Shown: positions 9,045 to 17,998 of the stretch, piece by piece
Layout of the letters: each line of letters opens with the position of its first letter
Position numbering within the stretch: the stretch's first letter is position 1
NCBI GenBank assembly: GCA_043742785.1
Contig: JAYTXU010000063.1
Location: 7,997-71,996, forward strand
Source: Candidatus Omnitrophota bacterium
Lineage (GTDB): Bacteria; Omnitrophota; Gorgyraeia; Zapsychrales; Fredricksoniimonadaceae
DNA length: 64,000 bases
Reading direction: 5' to 3'
The notes under the pieces: generated by a model
The model's input: only the letters and a program-made list of their open reading frames with translations
The model's database searches: none
What the model was told of the DNA's origin: nothing
Program-made: the position numbers and the translations under genes

Positions 9045-10137
9045 TTATATGCAACGCGCTTACCAACTAGCCCAAAAGGGTCGAGGGTTCACCTTGCCTA
9101 ATCCTATGGTGGGAGCTGTGATTGTTAAGCAGGGAAGGATTATCGCTGAAGGCTGGCATAAGCGTTGTGGTGGCGATCATGCGGAGATTGATGCCTTAAA
9201 GAAACTAGGTGACAAAGCCAAAGGGGCTACTCTTTATGTGACGCTGGAGCCTTGTTCTCATTTTGGTCGCACAGGTCCTTGTACCGAGGCTATTATTAAG
9301 GCGGGGATCAAGAAGGTTGTTATTGGTACCCTGGATCCTAATCCTATTAATCATGGACAATCGATTAACTTATTCAAGAAGGCAGGGGTTGATGTTGAGA
9401 CAGGATTTCTTCAAGACGAGTTAATTGCTATGAATGAAGTGTTTAATAAATATATCACTAAGAAATTGCCGTTTGTTGTGGCTAAATGCGCTCAAACCAT
9501 CGATGGTAAGATTGCTACAGTGACTGGCGAGTCGAAATGGATTACTTCAGAAGAAACACGAAGGTTTGCTCATGAGAAACGCAATGAATTTGACGCAATT
9601 ATGGTGGGGATTAATACTGTTTTAAAAGATGACCCGCAATTAAACGCCACTAGCAAGATTAAGCATTTAAAAAAGATTATTGTCGACTCCACCCTTCAGA
9701 TTTCTTTGAAGGCTAAATTATTTGTTGGCGCTAAACCTTCAGATATTTTCGTAGCAACCACCTCAAAAGCATCCAAGAAGAAAATTGAGATTCTTTCTAA
9801 AGGCGGCGTTCAAGTTTTGATTTCTCCGCTAAAGGGGAAGAATGGGCATGTTGATTTGAAATGGTTAATGAAAGAATTAGCTAAGAGAGAAATTTCTTAT
9901 GTATTAATCGAGGGGGGTGGGCGATTGATCGGTCGCGCTTTGAAAGATTCTTTGGTAGATCGTATGATGATCTATATAGCCCCTAAGATTGTTGGCGATC
10001 AAAATGCGATTAGTTCCGTCGCTGGATTAGGTGTTAAGAGTATTGATAAGGCTCTTGAATTAAAAGATCTGAAGATTAAACAAATAGGTCAGGACTTCTT
10101 GATAGAGGGAGACGTTCATGTTCACAGGAATCGTTGA
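9028..10137 (+). CDS. ribD: Bifunctional diaminohydroxyphosphoribosylaminopyrimidine deaminase / 5-amino-6-(5-phosphoribosylamino)uracil reductase
   Basis: CMP/dCMP-type deaminase zinc motifs HAEIDAL and PCSHFGRTGPC; C-terminal RibD reductase domain. Confidence 0.9.
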   Translation: MKPLSNYMQRAYQLAQKGRGFTLPNPMVGAVIVKQGRIIAEGWHKRCGGDHAEIDALKKLGDKAKGATLYVTLEPCSHFGRTGPCTEAIIKAGIKKVVIGTLDPNPINHGQSINLFKKAGVDVETGFLQDELIAMNEVFNKYITKKLPFVVAKCAQTIDGKIATVTGESKWITSEETRRFAHEKRNEFDAIMVGINTVLKDDPQLNATSKIKHLKKIIVDSTLQISLKAKLFVGAKPSDIFVATTSKASKKKIEILSKGGVQVLISPLKGKNGHVDLKWLMKELAKREISYVLIEGGGRLIGRALKDSLVDRMMIYIAPKIVGDQNAISSVAGLGVKSIDKALELKDLKIKQIGQDFLIEGDVHVHRNR

Positions 10138-10702
10138 ACAATTAGGCAAGATTAAGGCAATTGAGCAAAAGAGTAATTTAATTGTTCTGAAAGTCGATGC
10201 GTTTAAATTGGCTAAGAAAATTCATGTGGCTGATAGTGTAGCCATTAACGGTGTTTGCTTAACTGTTACCCAGAAAAAGGGGAGCATTGTTTCTTTTGAT
10301 TTGATGAAAGAGACGATTGAAAAAACGTCTTTGAAAGAGGTGGGTTTAGAAAGCGAAGTCAATTTGGAATTGGCTCTCTTGGTTGACAGTCGTTTCGGTG
10401 GACATTTTGTGAGCGGCCATGTGGATGAAAAAGGTGTGATCCAGAAAATAGAAAAATCTAAAAACTGGGTGAGTATGACGATTAGTATTTCTAAAGCGAA
10501 TGCCAAATATATTGTGCCTAAAGGATCGGTAACCTTAGATGGAATAAGTTTGACCGTTGGCCATGTGGGTAAAAATAGTTTCCAAGTCTATTTAATCCCT
10601 TATACCCTGCAAGCCACCAATCTAGGTTCTAAAAAAGCTGGCGACAGCGTTAATATTGAGACGGATATTCTGGCTAAGTACATCTTAGCTGGGAAGAAAT
10701 AA
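10118..10702 (+). CDS. ribE: Riboflavin synthase (alpha subunit)
   Basis: Starts MFTGIVEQLGKI; two lumazine-binding repeats (SVAINGVCLTV / SVTLDGISLTV). Confidence 0.9.
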   Translation: MFTGIVEQLGKIKAIEQKSNLIVLKVDAFKLAKKIHVADSVAINGVCLTVTQKKGSIVSFDLMKETIEKTSLKEVGLESEVNLELALLVDSRFGGHFVSGHVDEKGVIQKIEKSKNWVSMTISISKANAKYIVPKGSVTLDGISLTVGHVGKNSFQVYLIPYTLQATNLGSKKAGDSVNIETDILAKYILAGKK

Positions 10703-10963
10703 ATTTTTTTTATATCAGTTACATGTGAATCCTTCTAACTAATAAGAAAACCTTTTACTTTTAATCCCTTACGAAATAATCGAATTAGGTGTCTAGCCTG
10801 AGGGTCGGTAAAGAAGGAAGATTCAGCCCATTTCCACTTAATTTATTTTCTTGCTAAAAGAAAGAGTGAGTAGTAGTATTGTTTGTGCTTCAGAAAATTC
10901 TATAAATTATTGTTCAGACAACTCGCAAAGGTTGTTCTTTTTTATTTCTAGGGGGATTCAAAA

Positions 10964-11923
10964 ATGGTTTATAAGAAATTTTTAATATTTGGGTTTGTTG
11001 GTTTATTTGCTGGTTGCACCTCTGTTCCTAAACAAATGAAAGTTGTTGAGCCGCCTATTTCTCAAAAGCAACAAATTGAAGCTCAACAGCTTGTTCAGCT
11101 TCCGTTGATGAAGAAGTATAAAAGAAAGATTATTATTGGACGATTTTCGAATGAAACTACCTATGGGAAAGCTTTACTTGTTGATGATAATTATGATCCT
11201 ATTGGAAAACAAGCAAGCGATATGCTTGCAACTCGTTTAATAAAATCAAACCGTTTTTTGGTATTAGAACGTCCTGATTTAAAGAAAGTCGAAGCTGAGC
11301 AAACGATAACCAAAGAAAAGGATTTAATAGGGGCTGATACGATTATATTTGGCTCTGTTACAGAATTTGGACGTTCAGTTACTGGGAAAGCTGGTTTTTT
11401 ATCTAGTACAAAATTACAAACTGCTAAAGCTAAGGTTGAGATTCGTCTTGTTGATTCAAAAACTGGCTTAGCGTTCTTCTCAACAATCGGTGCGGGTGTT
11501 GCTACCACAGAATCTGGTGAAGTTGCAGGCTTTGGTAGCGCAGCAGATTATGATGGAACTCTAAATGATAAAGTAATTGCAGCTTCAATCTCAGATCTTA
11601 TTAATAATTTAATAGTTTCTTTAGAAAATCGCCCTTGGAAAACAGATATACTTCAAATTCTAGGTGACCAGGTTTTTATAAGCGGAGGGAAGAGTCAAGG
11701 TTTGAAAGAAGGAGATATTCTTCAAGTGATGAAGAAAACAGCTACTGTGAAAAGCCAACAAAGTGGTTTCATGATTGATTTGCCTCCTGAAAAGATTGCC
11801 ACCATTAAAGTGAGTAGTTTTTTTGGTGACACTGAAACAAGTGAAGGATCAATTGCTAAAATCATTAATGGCTCTATTGATGCTGGTATACTAGAAAAAT
11901 GTTTTGTAAAAGAGGTTGAATAA
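10964..11923 (+). CDS. CsgG-family lipoprotein (curli production assembly/transport component-like)
   Basis: Lipobox LFAGC; CsgG-like core (GRFSNETTYGK..., LATRLIKSNRFLVLERPDLKKVEAEQ); SD AGGGGGAT upstream. Confidence 0.5.
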   Translation: MVYKKFLIFGFVGLFAGCTSVPKQMKVVEPPISQKQQIEAQQLVQLPLMKKYKRKIIIGRFSNETTYGKALLVDDNYDPIGKQASDMLATRLIKSNRFLVLERPDLKKVEAEQTITKEKDLIGADTIIFGSVTEFGRSVTGKAGFLSSTKLQTAKAKVEIRLVDSKTGLAFFSTIGAGVATTESGEVAGFGSAADYDGTLNDKVIAASISDLINNLIVSLENRPWKTDILQILGDQVFISGGKSQGLKEGDILQVMKKTATVKSQQSGFMIDLPPEKIATIKVSSFFGDTETSEGSIAKIINGSIDAGILEKCFVKEVE

Positions 11924-12232
11924 ATGAGAAAAATATTATTATTTTCTACGGTTGTTTCTCTTTTTGTTATTGGGTGTGCTCCACGTTACCCAACAACAGC
12001 TGTAAGTACGATTGATTCACGACCAACTTTATCATTTATAAACGCTCCAGCAGGCTCTGTTGCTTTAGTTGATGGCATAAATATGGGTGATGCAACAAAG
12101 TTTAATGGTAAACCAAAAGTTTTAGCAGTTGAACCCGGTACGCATGAGGTAACAGTAATGCAGGGAAGCGTAGTGGTTTCTAAGCAAACTGTTTTTGTTG
12201 AGAGCGAACAGAAAGTTATTAACGTCCATTAA
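11924..12232 (+). CDS. Small lipoprotein, PEGA-like beta domain
   Basis: Lipobox VIGC; region VDGINMGDATKF...LAVEPGTHEVTV resembles PEGA; ATG directly abuts upstream stop (TAAATG). Confidence 0.4.
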   Translation: MRKILLFSTVVSLFVIGCAPRYPTTAVSTIDSRPTLSFINAPAGSVALVDGINMGDATKFNGKPKVLAVEPGTHEVTVMQGSVVVSKQTVFVESEQKVINVH

Positions 12233-12245
12233 CTAAGGTTCTAGT

Positions 12246-12608
12246 ATGAATAAAAGTGTATTAAAATTATTGCCATTATTATTTTTGGTTGGTTGTGCTA
12301 CTCAAAAGTATACATGGAATGGTTATGATGATAACCTTTATGCGTATTATAAGAACCCTGCTAGTAAAGAGAAGTTCGTAGAACACTTAAAAGAAACTAT
12401 TTTAAGAGGTGAACAAAATCATAATGTTCCACCTGGGGTATATGCTGAATATGGATATATGCTTTATGAAAATCAAGATTTTCCGGGCTCAATTACTTAT
12501 TTTCAAAAAGAACATGACTTGTGGTTGGAGTCTAGACCTTTTATGGAGAAAATGATTGATAATGCACAAAAGATGTTGTCCAAAAGTCAGCCTAAGGGAT
12601 CTGTTTAA
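12246..12608 (+). CDS. DUF4810-like lipoprotein
   Basis: Lipobox LVGC; ~120 aa; sits between a CsgG-like gene and a DUF799-like gene as in the conserved cluster. Confidence 0.45.
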   Translation: MNKSVLKLLPLLFLVGCATQKYTWNGYDDNLYAYYKNPASKEKFVEHLKETILRGEQNHNVPPGVYAEYGYMLYENQDFPGSITYFQKEHDLWLESRPFMEKMIDNAQKMLSKSQPKGSV

Positions 12609-13345
12609 TGAAAAAACTGATTTTAATTGTTGGATTGGTTGTTTTTGCTTCTGGTTGCGCAAGTATACCGAAGAAAGATTATACTAAATTTTACTCAGCC
12701 GCACCTCGTTCTATTCTGGTAGTCCCTGTTGTTAATCAAAGCGTTAATGTAGATGCTCCTGCTTATTTCTTGTCTAGTATTTCTATTCCTATTGCTGAGC
12801 AAGGATATTATGTTTTTCCAGTCAATATGATCAAACGTGTGCTTGAGGATAATGGCTTATCTGATGCAGATTTGGTTCACAATGCTCCTGTGGAGAAGCT
12901 ATCATCTTTATTTAGCGCAGATACAGTCTTGTACGTAAAAATTAAACGTTGGGATGCTCGATATTTATTCTTATCTACTACGGTCACTGTAGAACTTGAA
13001 TATATTATTAAAGAAGGAAAAACTGGAGAAACTCTATGGCAGGATGATCGCATAATCCAGTATACTCCACAGACGACTGATACAGGAAATCCTATAGCAA
13101 CTTTAGTAGTCATGGCTATTACAGCTGCAGTTGAGAAGGCGGCCCCCAATTATATGCCTTTAGCTAAGCAAGCAAATGCAGTTGCTTTTACTTTTCCAGG
13201 TCCAGGGATTCCTCCAGGACCTTATTCAGGCAAAGAAAACAAACAAGTAGCGACTAAAACTGTAGTAGTTAAACCTGTGGCAACTTCAACAAAAGATACA
13301 CCATCAAATATAGCAATTCCAGCAAAGAATAATTTTAAAGGTTAA
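12608..13345 (+). CDS. DUF799/GNA1162-like lipoprotein
   Basis: Lipobox ASGC; 245 aa; start overlaps previous stop (TAATG); P/T-rich C-terminal tail. Confidence 0.45.
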   Translation: MKKLILIVGLVVFASGCASIPKKDYTKFYSAAPRSILVVPVVNQSVNVDAPAYFLSSISIPIAEQGYYVFPVNMIKRVLEDNGLSDADLVHNAPVEKLSSLFSADTVLYVKIKRWDARYLFLSTTVTVELEYIIKEGKTGETLWQDDRIIQYTPQTTDTGNPIATLVVMAITAAVEKAAPNYMPLAKQANAVAFTFPGPGIPPGPYSGKENKQVATKTVVVKPVATSTKDTPSNIAIPAKNNFKG

Positions 13346-13621
13346 TCAATTCTTGATACCCAAGCGGTGCCCATCCAAGGTGAAAAAGTTGTAAAATCTT
13401 GTATAAAGTTGTATGACGTGTGGAAAGTTTTTGCTGTGTGGAATTTGGCTTAAAATGACCGTTTGTCGACGATAAGTACCAAAAATAGCCTAATGTATCC
13501 CAGCATCTCCACCAGCCAGATTGGCACAAATTAGGCACATAATTTTTCTATCTTCTATAAGTCAGGCTGGCTAAAGAGGTTATAAAGGTAGCCTGTGGGT
13601 TCTCTTACAGCAGACCTCCAG

Positions 13622-13710
13622 AATTAGATAGTGCTATTAAAGTGCCCCATAGTATGATCTTGGATATCTCCTTGACCGCAAATCACCACCTGTCAAAATA
13701 AGGTCTGTCT
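13622..13710 (+). repeat. Direct repeat copy A (~90 bp; perfect 26-nt core TAGATAGTGCTATTAAAGTGCCCCAT at 13625-13650)
   Basis: ~75% identical overall to copy B at 14668-14754; lies in a 625-bp non-coding gap. Confidence 0.7.
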
Positions 13711-13971
13711 TCATAAGTTCAGGCTCTCTTATCTGCTGTAGTTTTGGTAAAGTCAAGTCACTGACACCCCTTTTTAAATTATAAATAACAGGACTGTTAC
13801 AAAAGCCCCGTAATGTCTATTTTGGAAAGATTTATCTCTAAAGAGGGTAGTGACTATTAAAAGCTAAAAAAAATATGCTATACTCAAATTAAGGAACTTG
13901 ATTCATAGAATTATTTGAGTTTCTTGATTCTTTGAAAAAAGATGTTCTTGTAGCAAAAGTGGTGGCGCGCT

Positions 13972-14652
13972 ATGAACAAGATATTTTTGCCCTTGGTTCT
14001 GTGCCTATTCTTTCCGGCTTTGATCTGTAAGGCCGATATGTCGGCCTTTAATGAAACGCCTACTACTCATCTCCCGCCTGGAATCTTAAATAAACACAAT
14101 GTGCAGAATGTGCAAAATCTGGATGTCATTGAGCTGGAGAAGCTTACCATTGATCATATAGAAAAAAGAAGAATTTCGTTATCTATGGAGAGTATTACGG
14201 AAGATGCTGCTTTGAAGAGTCCTATTGCTGAGGATTTTAATTCGTTATCTGTTGGCAACAAACATGTTCATCGAAGATATGATGGTTTTCTCTCTTCAGT
14301 TTCTCCAGATTACAAGATTAATAGAAATTTTCTTTCACTCACCAAGGTTCCTAATGTTAACCATAAACAGGCGATCATGTTTGTATTTCTTATGAATAAT
14401 AACAGATATGAACGCAAGAGATCCAGTAGTGATATTAATACCATCTTGAAAGATAATCCACGCACCCGCATGCATGTGTTGTGGCCAGGATCTAAGAAAA
14501 TAAATTTGGAACAGAAGATTATTGCAGATGAATATCCTGTTGATATTTCTATCGCCAATAAAGAAGATGGATATGCGCAGGGAGAATGGAATCTTGTCCT
14601 ACCTAATAAGAAACCACGCGAAGTAAGAGTTTCTCTGTTGTGGTCATTTTAA
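13972..14652 (+). CDS. Hypothetical secreted protein (226 aa)
   Basis: N-terminal signal peptide MNKIFLPLVLCLFFPALICKA; no recognisable domain. Confidence 0.5.
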   Translation: MNKIFLPLVLCLFFPALICKADMSAFNETPTTHLPPGILNKHNVQNVQNLDVIELEKLTIDHIEKRRISLSMESITEDAALKSPIAEDFNSLSVGNKHVHRRYDGFLSSVSPDYKINRNFLSLTKVPNVNHKQAIMFVFLMNNNRYERKRSSSDINTILKDNPRTRMHVLWPGSKKINLEQKIIADEYPVDISIANKEDGYAQGEWNLVLPNKKPREVRVSLLWSF

Positions 14653-14667
14653 TTCGTCTTCAAAACA

Positions 14668-14754
14668 ATTTAGATAGTGCTATTAAAGTGCCCCATCATA
14701 TAATCTTAAATATATTCTTGTTCAGGAATCGGTGTCTGCTAGAATAAGGTCCAA
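14668..14754 (+). repeat. Direct repeat copy B (26-nt core at 14671-14696), forming the 5' leader of the 14757 gene
   Basis: See copy A; ends 2 nt before the ATG at 14757. Confidence 0.7.
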
Positions 14755-14756
14755 TC

Positions 14757-15308
14757 ATGGTTCAAACAGACTACACCGATAAAATCCTCCAATATATCCA
14801 AAAGAGCGGCCAAGCGCGGGTCGCATCGATGCTCCAAGATCTTAATATTCCACGTAGAAGGGTTTTCAAGATTCTCTCTCGGCAGATTAAATCAGGGATA
14901 ATTTTTAAGGAAGGGGTGCATCCGAATATTTATTATAAGGCAAGGGTGCTTCCATCTAAAGAGCCTGCAGTCATTTCTCGAACACCCATTTCGAAGAAGG
15001 CGAAGAGCGGTTCTTATGAAACAGAGTATTTGTGTCAAGAGCTGGAAGATGCCAGAAAAGCTCAAAGGGAAATGAAGGATGAAGTGACAAGGCTTTCTCA
15101 CGAACTTTATCTAAGTCATAATGAGCTTAGCTCTAAAGAAGTAGATATTAAATATAAAGAGGCTCAGATCCATTCCAAGGAAGAACAGATCAAGCGCATG
15201 ACTGACCGGGAAGATCAACGTTATGAAGAGAACAAAAGTCTGCGCAAAGATATTCAGGATTTGCAGATCAGATTAAGGGAAGAGCAGAGGCAGACAGGGA
15301 AGAAGTAA
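14757..15308 (+). CDS. Hypothetical protein, N-terminal winged-helix-like region plus C-terminal coiled coil
   Basis: N-terminus KILQYIQKSGQARVASMLQDLNIPRRRVFKILSRQIKSG resembles a wHTH; C-terminal 90 aa K/E/Q/R heptad-rich. Confidence 0.5.
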   Translation: MVQTDYTDKILQYIQKSGQARVASMLQDLNIPRRRVFKILSRQIKSGIIFKEGVHPNIYYKARVLPSKEPAVISRTPISKKAKSGSYETEYLCQELEDARKAQREMKDEVTRLSHELYLSHNELSSKEVDIKYKEAQIHSKEEQIKRMTDREDQRYEENKSLRKDIQDLQIRLREEQRQTGKK

Positions 15309-15333
15309 TTTTTATAAACTGAAAAGGAAACCT

Positions 15334-16185
15334 ATGAATACAAAGACTTTTTCTAAGAAAGAAGCTATTACCCGCGGAATACAGATGACTAAAAAGTATT
15401 TTGGGGTGATTTTAATTGTCATAGGTATTTATATTGCAATTGGGGTGAGCAATGGGCAATTACAAAGTGGGGCAGGATTAGATCGTATTAATAAAAGGGA
15501 TATTAAAACGCTTTATAAAGATTCTGCTGCTGTTGATGCGTTTAACCAATATCTTCAAACATCCGGATATATCAACAAATTCGGCAAAGTACAGGATAAG
15601 TTAGAGAAAATCGAAAAACCTTCTGATTTAGTTCTTCCATTGGAACTAGATGGGGATCGATATAAGATTTTTAGATTTCTACAAGCATATAAATACCATT
15701 TACCTTTTCCAAAAGCATTTTATTACGTATTACTTTTTGGTTTTGGTATTATTAATATGTTACTACAAATAGGTGCGACAAAAATGACCTTGATGGTCAA
15801 TCGTGATGAAGCACCGAATGTTTTTGAGATCTTTTCAAATGGTTCGCTTTTGATTACATATATTTTGTCGAGCATTTGTTATTCTTTAGCTGTTATAGGA
15901 GGAATGATTCTTTTGATTGTCCCTGGCATTATATTAAGTATTGCGCTTGGAATGAACATGTTCTTTATCGTTGATCAAAAGATGGGCCCCATTGAATCGC
16001 TGAAAGCGAGCCGTGCTCTCACAAAAGGTGTTCGGTGGCAATTGTTTTGTTTCGGAGGAGCTCTTCTTCTATTTAATTTGGCAGGTCTTTTATGTCTAGT
16101 GATAGGGTTACTTTTCACGATCCCTGTTTCTTGTGTTGCAACGGCATACGTCTATGATCATCTACGTAATCAAGTGGCTACTTAA
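15334..16185 (+). CDS. Hypothetical polytopic membrane protein (283 aa)
   Basis: SD AAAAGGAAA; about 6 hydrophobic helices. Confidence 0.5.
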   Translation: MNTKTFSKKEAITRGIQMTKKYFGVILIVIGIYIAIGVSNGQLQSGAGLDRINKRDIKTLYKDSAAVDAFNQYLQTSGYINKFGKVQDKLEKIEKPSDLVLPLELDGDRYKIFRFLQAYKYHLPFPKAFYYVLLFGFGIINMLLQIGATKMTLMVNRDEAPNVFEIFSNGSLLITYILSSICYSLAVIGGMILLIVPGIILSIALGMNMFFIVDQKMGPIESLKASRALTKGVRWQLFCFGGALLLFNLAGLLCLVIGLLFTIPVSCVATAYVYDHLRNQVAT

Positions 16186-16196
16186 TAGGAAAACAT

Positions 16197-16418
16197 ATGT
16201 CTAAACCACAACAATTGATTGAATGGAGTTATTTAGGGGCGAATTACAGTGTGTATATTAAGCATTTCACTGATGATGAGGGGAAGAGGGGAATGACCAT
16301 GATTTTTGAAGACACTACTAATGACAAAGTTACAGAAATGACTGTTCCTACTCGCAAGTTTCCCGAATTTCTAAGGGCTGTTAATGGGGGGGACGAACCT
16401 TATAGAGGATTATTTTAG
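16197..16418 (+). CDS. Small hypothetical protein (73 aa); an inactivated paralog lies at 19115-19261
   Basis: Soluble, ends ...VNGGDEPYRGLF; the degraded copy supports it as a genuine gene family. Confidence 0.5.
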   Translation: MSKPQQLIEWSYLGANYSVYIKHFTDDEGKRGMTMIFEDTTNDKVTEMTVPTRKFPEFLRAVNGGDEPYRGLF

Positions 16419-16464
16419 TTTGATTTTCAATTCATTCTTATTAAATTATGGTATAGTTTAGTTA

Positions 16465-16698
16465 ATGAGCGACCAAAACCAAAATAAAGAAGATAATTTT
16501 CTGCGAACCCTCCTCATATCGATTATTTGTATTCCTCTTATTATTTGGTTACTTTATAATGGTTATCAAAAAAGTCTGCAATCTTCTACTAAATCTATTG
16601 CTTGTGAAAAAAGATGTACTGATCAAGGCCATGCAGGTTATGAATTTAAATGGCCTATGTTCTCCGGTCCTAAATGCACCTGCATAGACATGAAATAA
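16465..16698 (+). CDS. Small membrane-anchored Cys-rich protein (77 aa)
   Basis: One TM helix (LLISIICIPLIIWLLY) then a 4-Cys tail CEKRC...GPKCTC. Confidence 0.4.
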   Translation: MSDQNQNKEDNFLRTLLISIICIPLIIWLLYNGYQKSLQSSTKSIACEKRCTDQGHAGYEFKWPMFSGPKCTCIDMK

Positions 16699-17867
16699 AT
16701 CTAAAAATTAAAGAAAAGTATAAAGTGAAGAAATCTATTTTTCTTATTCCGTTATTAATTCCTTTGCTTATTTTTGGTTTTAACAAAACTAACTTTAAGC
16801 CCTTATGGAATGATGAAATAAACACCCAAACAAAAACTTTAAATCAATCGTACAGTAATATTCTGCTTAGAAACCATGTCTTTGACGACAGTTTAGCTCC
16901 TCTTTTTTATATTCAGCAGAAGATTTTGTGTGATCTTTTTCGTTACCAAACACCTCAAGAATGGTTGAAGGGGGATTGGTCCTATAGAGATCGTTATTCC
17001 AATGTTTTCTTAAGGATTCTTCCTGTTTTTTGGATGTCGTTATCTTTTTTGTTGTTGTTTATTTATTTCTCTAATCGATTTAATCTCTTTATTGGATTCT
17101 TAAGTTTATTTATAGCTTTCTCCACTCACATTCTTCTAGCTTATTGGGCTGAGGCAAGGCCCTATGGCTTATGGGTGTTCTTTACGGTTGTTCAGCTGCT
17201 TCTTTTTATAGAATTAATTGAGGCTCCGGTTGTAGGGGCCAAGAAATGGGTTTGGCTTTCTATTATTCATATTGCTTTAAGCCTAACTTGCATCTTAAGT
17301 TTCTTTCAGATTACGATTGTTTCTATGATCCTTTTCTTATTTAAAGAACGTCGTTGGAATAGATATATATTTCTGTTAGCGGTTCCATTAATTTTTATTT
17401 ATTTCTACAAACCTTTTCTTCATAGTGTTACTTTTTTTTGTCAGGTTCGAGATATTTTTTATAGCATATTACCTAAAGAACGTATTAATATTTTTCAACT
17501 TTATCCTTTGTTGTTGGGATTGTATTTCTTGCAATCTAAGAAATTGATCTCTCCATTATTTCTGAATAGCACTCTGTTAAAGATTGCCCCTTTTTTTATA
17601 GCGTTATTTCTTATGGTATTTGCCGTTTTTATATTTTTAAGTTATTTATGGGGTCACGCTACAGGAGGAGTTCAGGTTGTTACGCCAAGGCATGTTATAT
17701 TTCTAGCGCCTCTTGAAGTTATTGCGGAGACTTATTTAATAGGCATTCTTTGGGAGAGTTTTAAACATCTTTTTTGGATGCGATTGTTGATTCTGGCTAT
17801 TATTACTTTTTTTTATTTTCCACCTTTTAATATATTTTCTTTTGGTTTTCTAGCTTTTGCCTCCTAA
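16674..17867 (+). CDS. Polytopic membrane protein, probable GT-C fold glycosyltransferase (PMT/ArnT-like); alternative GTG start at 16725
   Basis: ~11 TM helices; acidic DD motif in first extracytoplasmic loop (NHVFDDSLAPL); segment NVFLRILPVFWMSLSFLLLF resembles RIPALIFGMGGILFLW of the 56661 GT39-like protein. Confidence 0.4.
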   Translation: MHLHRHEINLKIKEKYKVKKSIFLIPLLIPLLIFGFNKTNFKPLWNDEINTQTKTLNQSYSNILLRNHVFDDSLAPLFYIQQKILCDLFRYQTPQEWLKGDWSYRDRYSNVFLRILPVFWMSLSFLLLFIYFSNRFNLFIGFLSLFIAFSTHILLAYWAEARPYGLWVFFTVVQLLLFIELIEAPVVGAKKWVWLSIIHIALSLTCILSFFQITIVSMILFLFKERRWNRYIFLLAVPLIFIYFYKPFLHSVTFFCQVRDIFYSILPKERINIFQLYPLLLGLYFLQSKKLISPLFLNSTLLKIAPFFIALFLMVFAVFIFLSYLWGHATGGVQVVTPRHVIFLAPLEVIAETYLIGILWESFKHLFWMRLLILAIITFFYFPPFNIFSFGFLAFAS

Positions 17868-17935
17868 TATAGAGGATAGGTGTTTTTATATTTCTGTTGA
17901 TGGTGCTGTGAGGTCTAGCCGCTTTAAAAGTGCGG

Positions 17936-17964
17936 TTGACAAACATCTTTTAAGTATATAAAGT
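17936..17964 (+). promoter_or_regulatory. Promoter-like element: TTGACA (17936-17941) then a TATAAA / TATATAAAGT -10-like region (17957-17966)
   Basis: Direct read; 35-60 nt upstream of the protease ATG (17999) with SD AAGGGGA. Confidence 0.45.
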
Positions 17965-17998
17965 ACAAATTTAGTTATTCAAGATAAGGGGACAATAT

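Noticed and set aside
13335-13538. 67-aa minus-strand ORF in the 625-bp non-coding gap
   Set aside because: No RBS, odd W/C-rich composition, and it overlaps the end of the DUF799-like gene; treated as non-coding. The gap may still hold an sRNA or regulatory element, as flagged in the findings.
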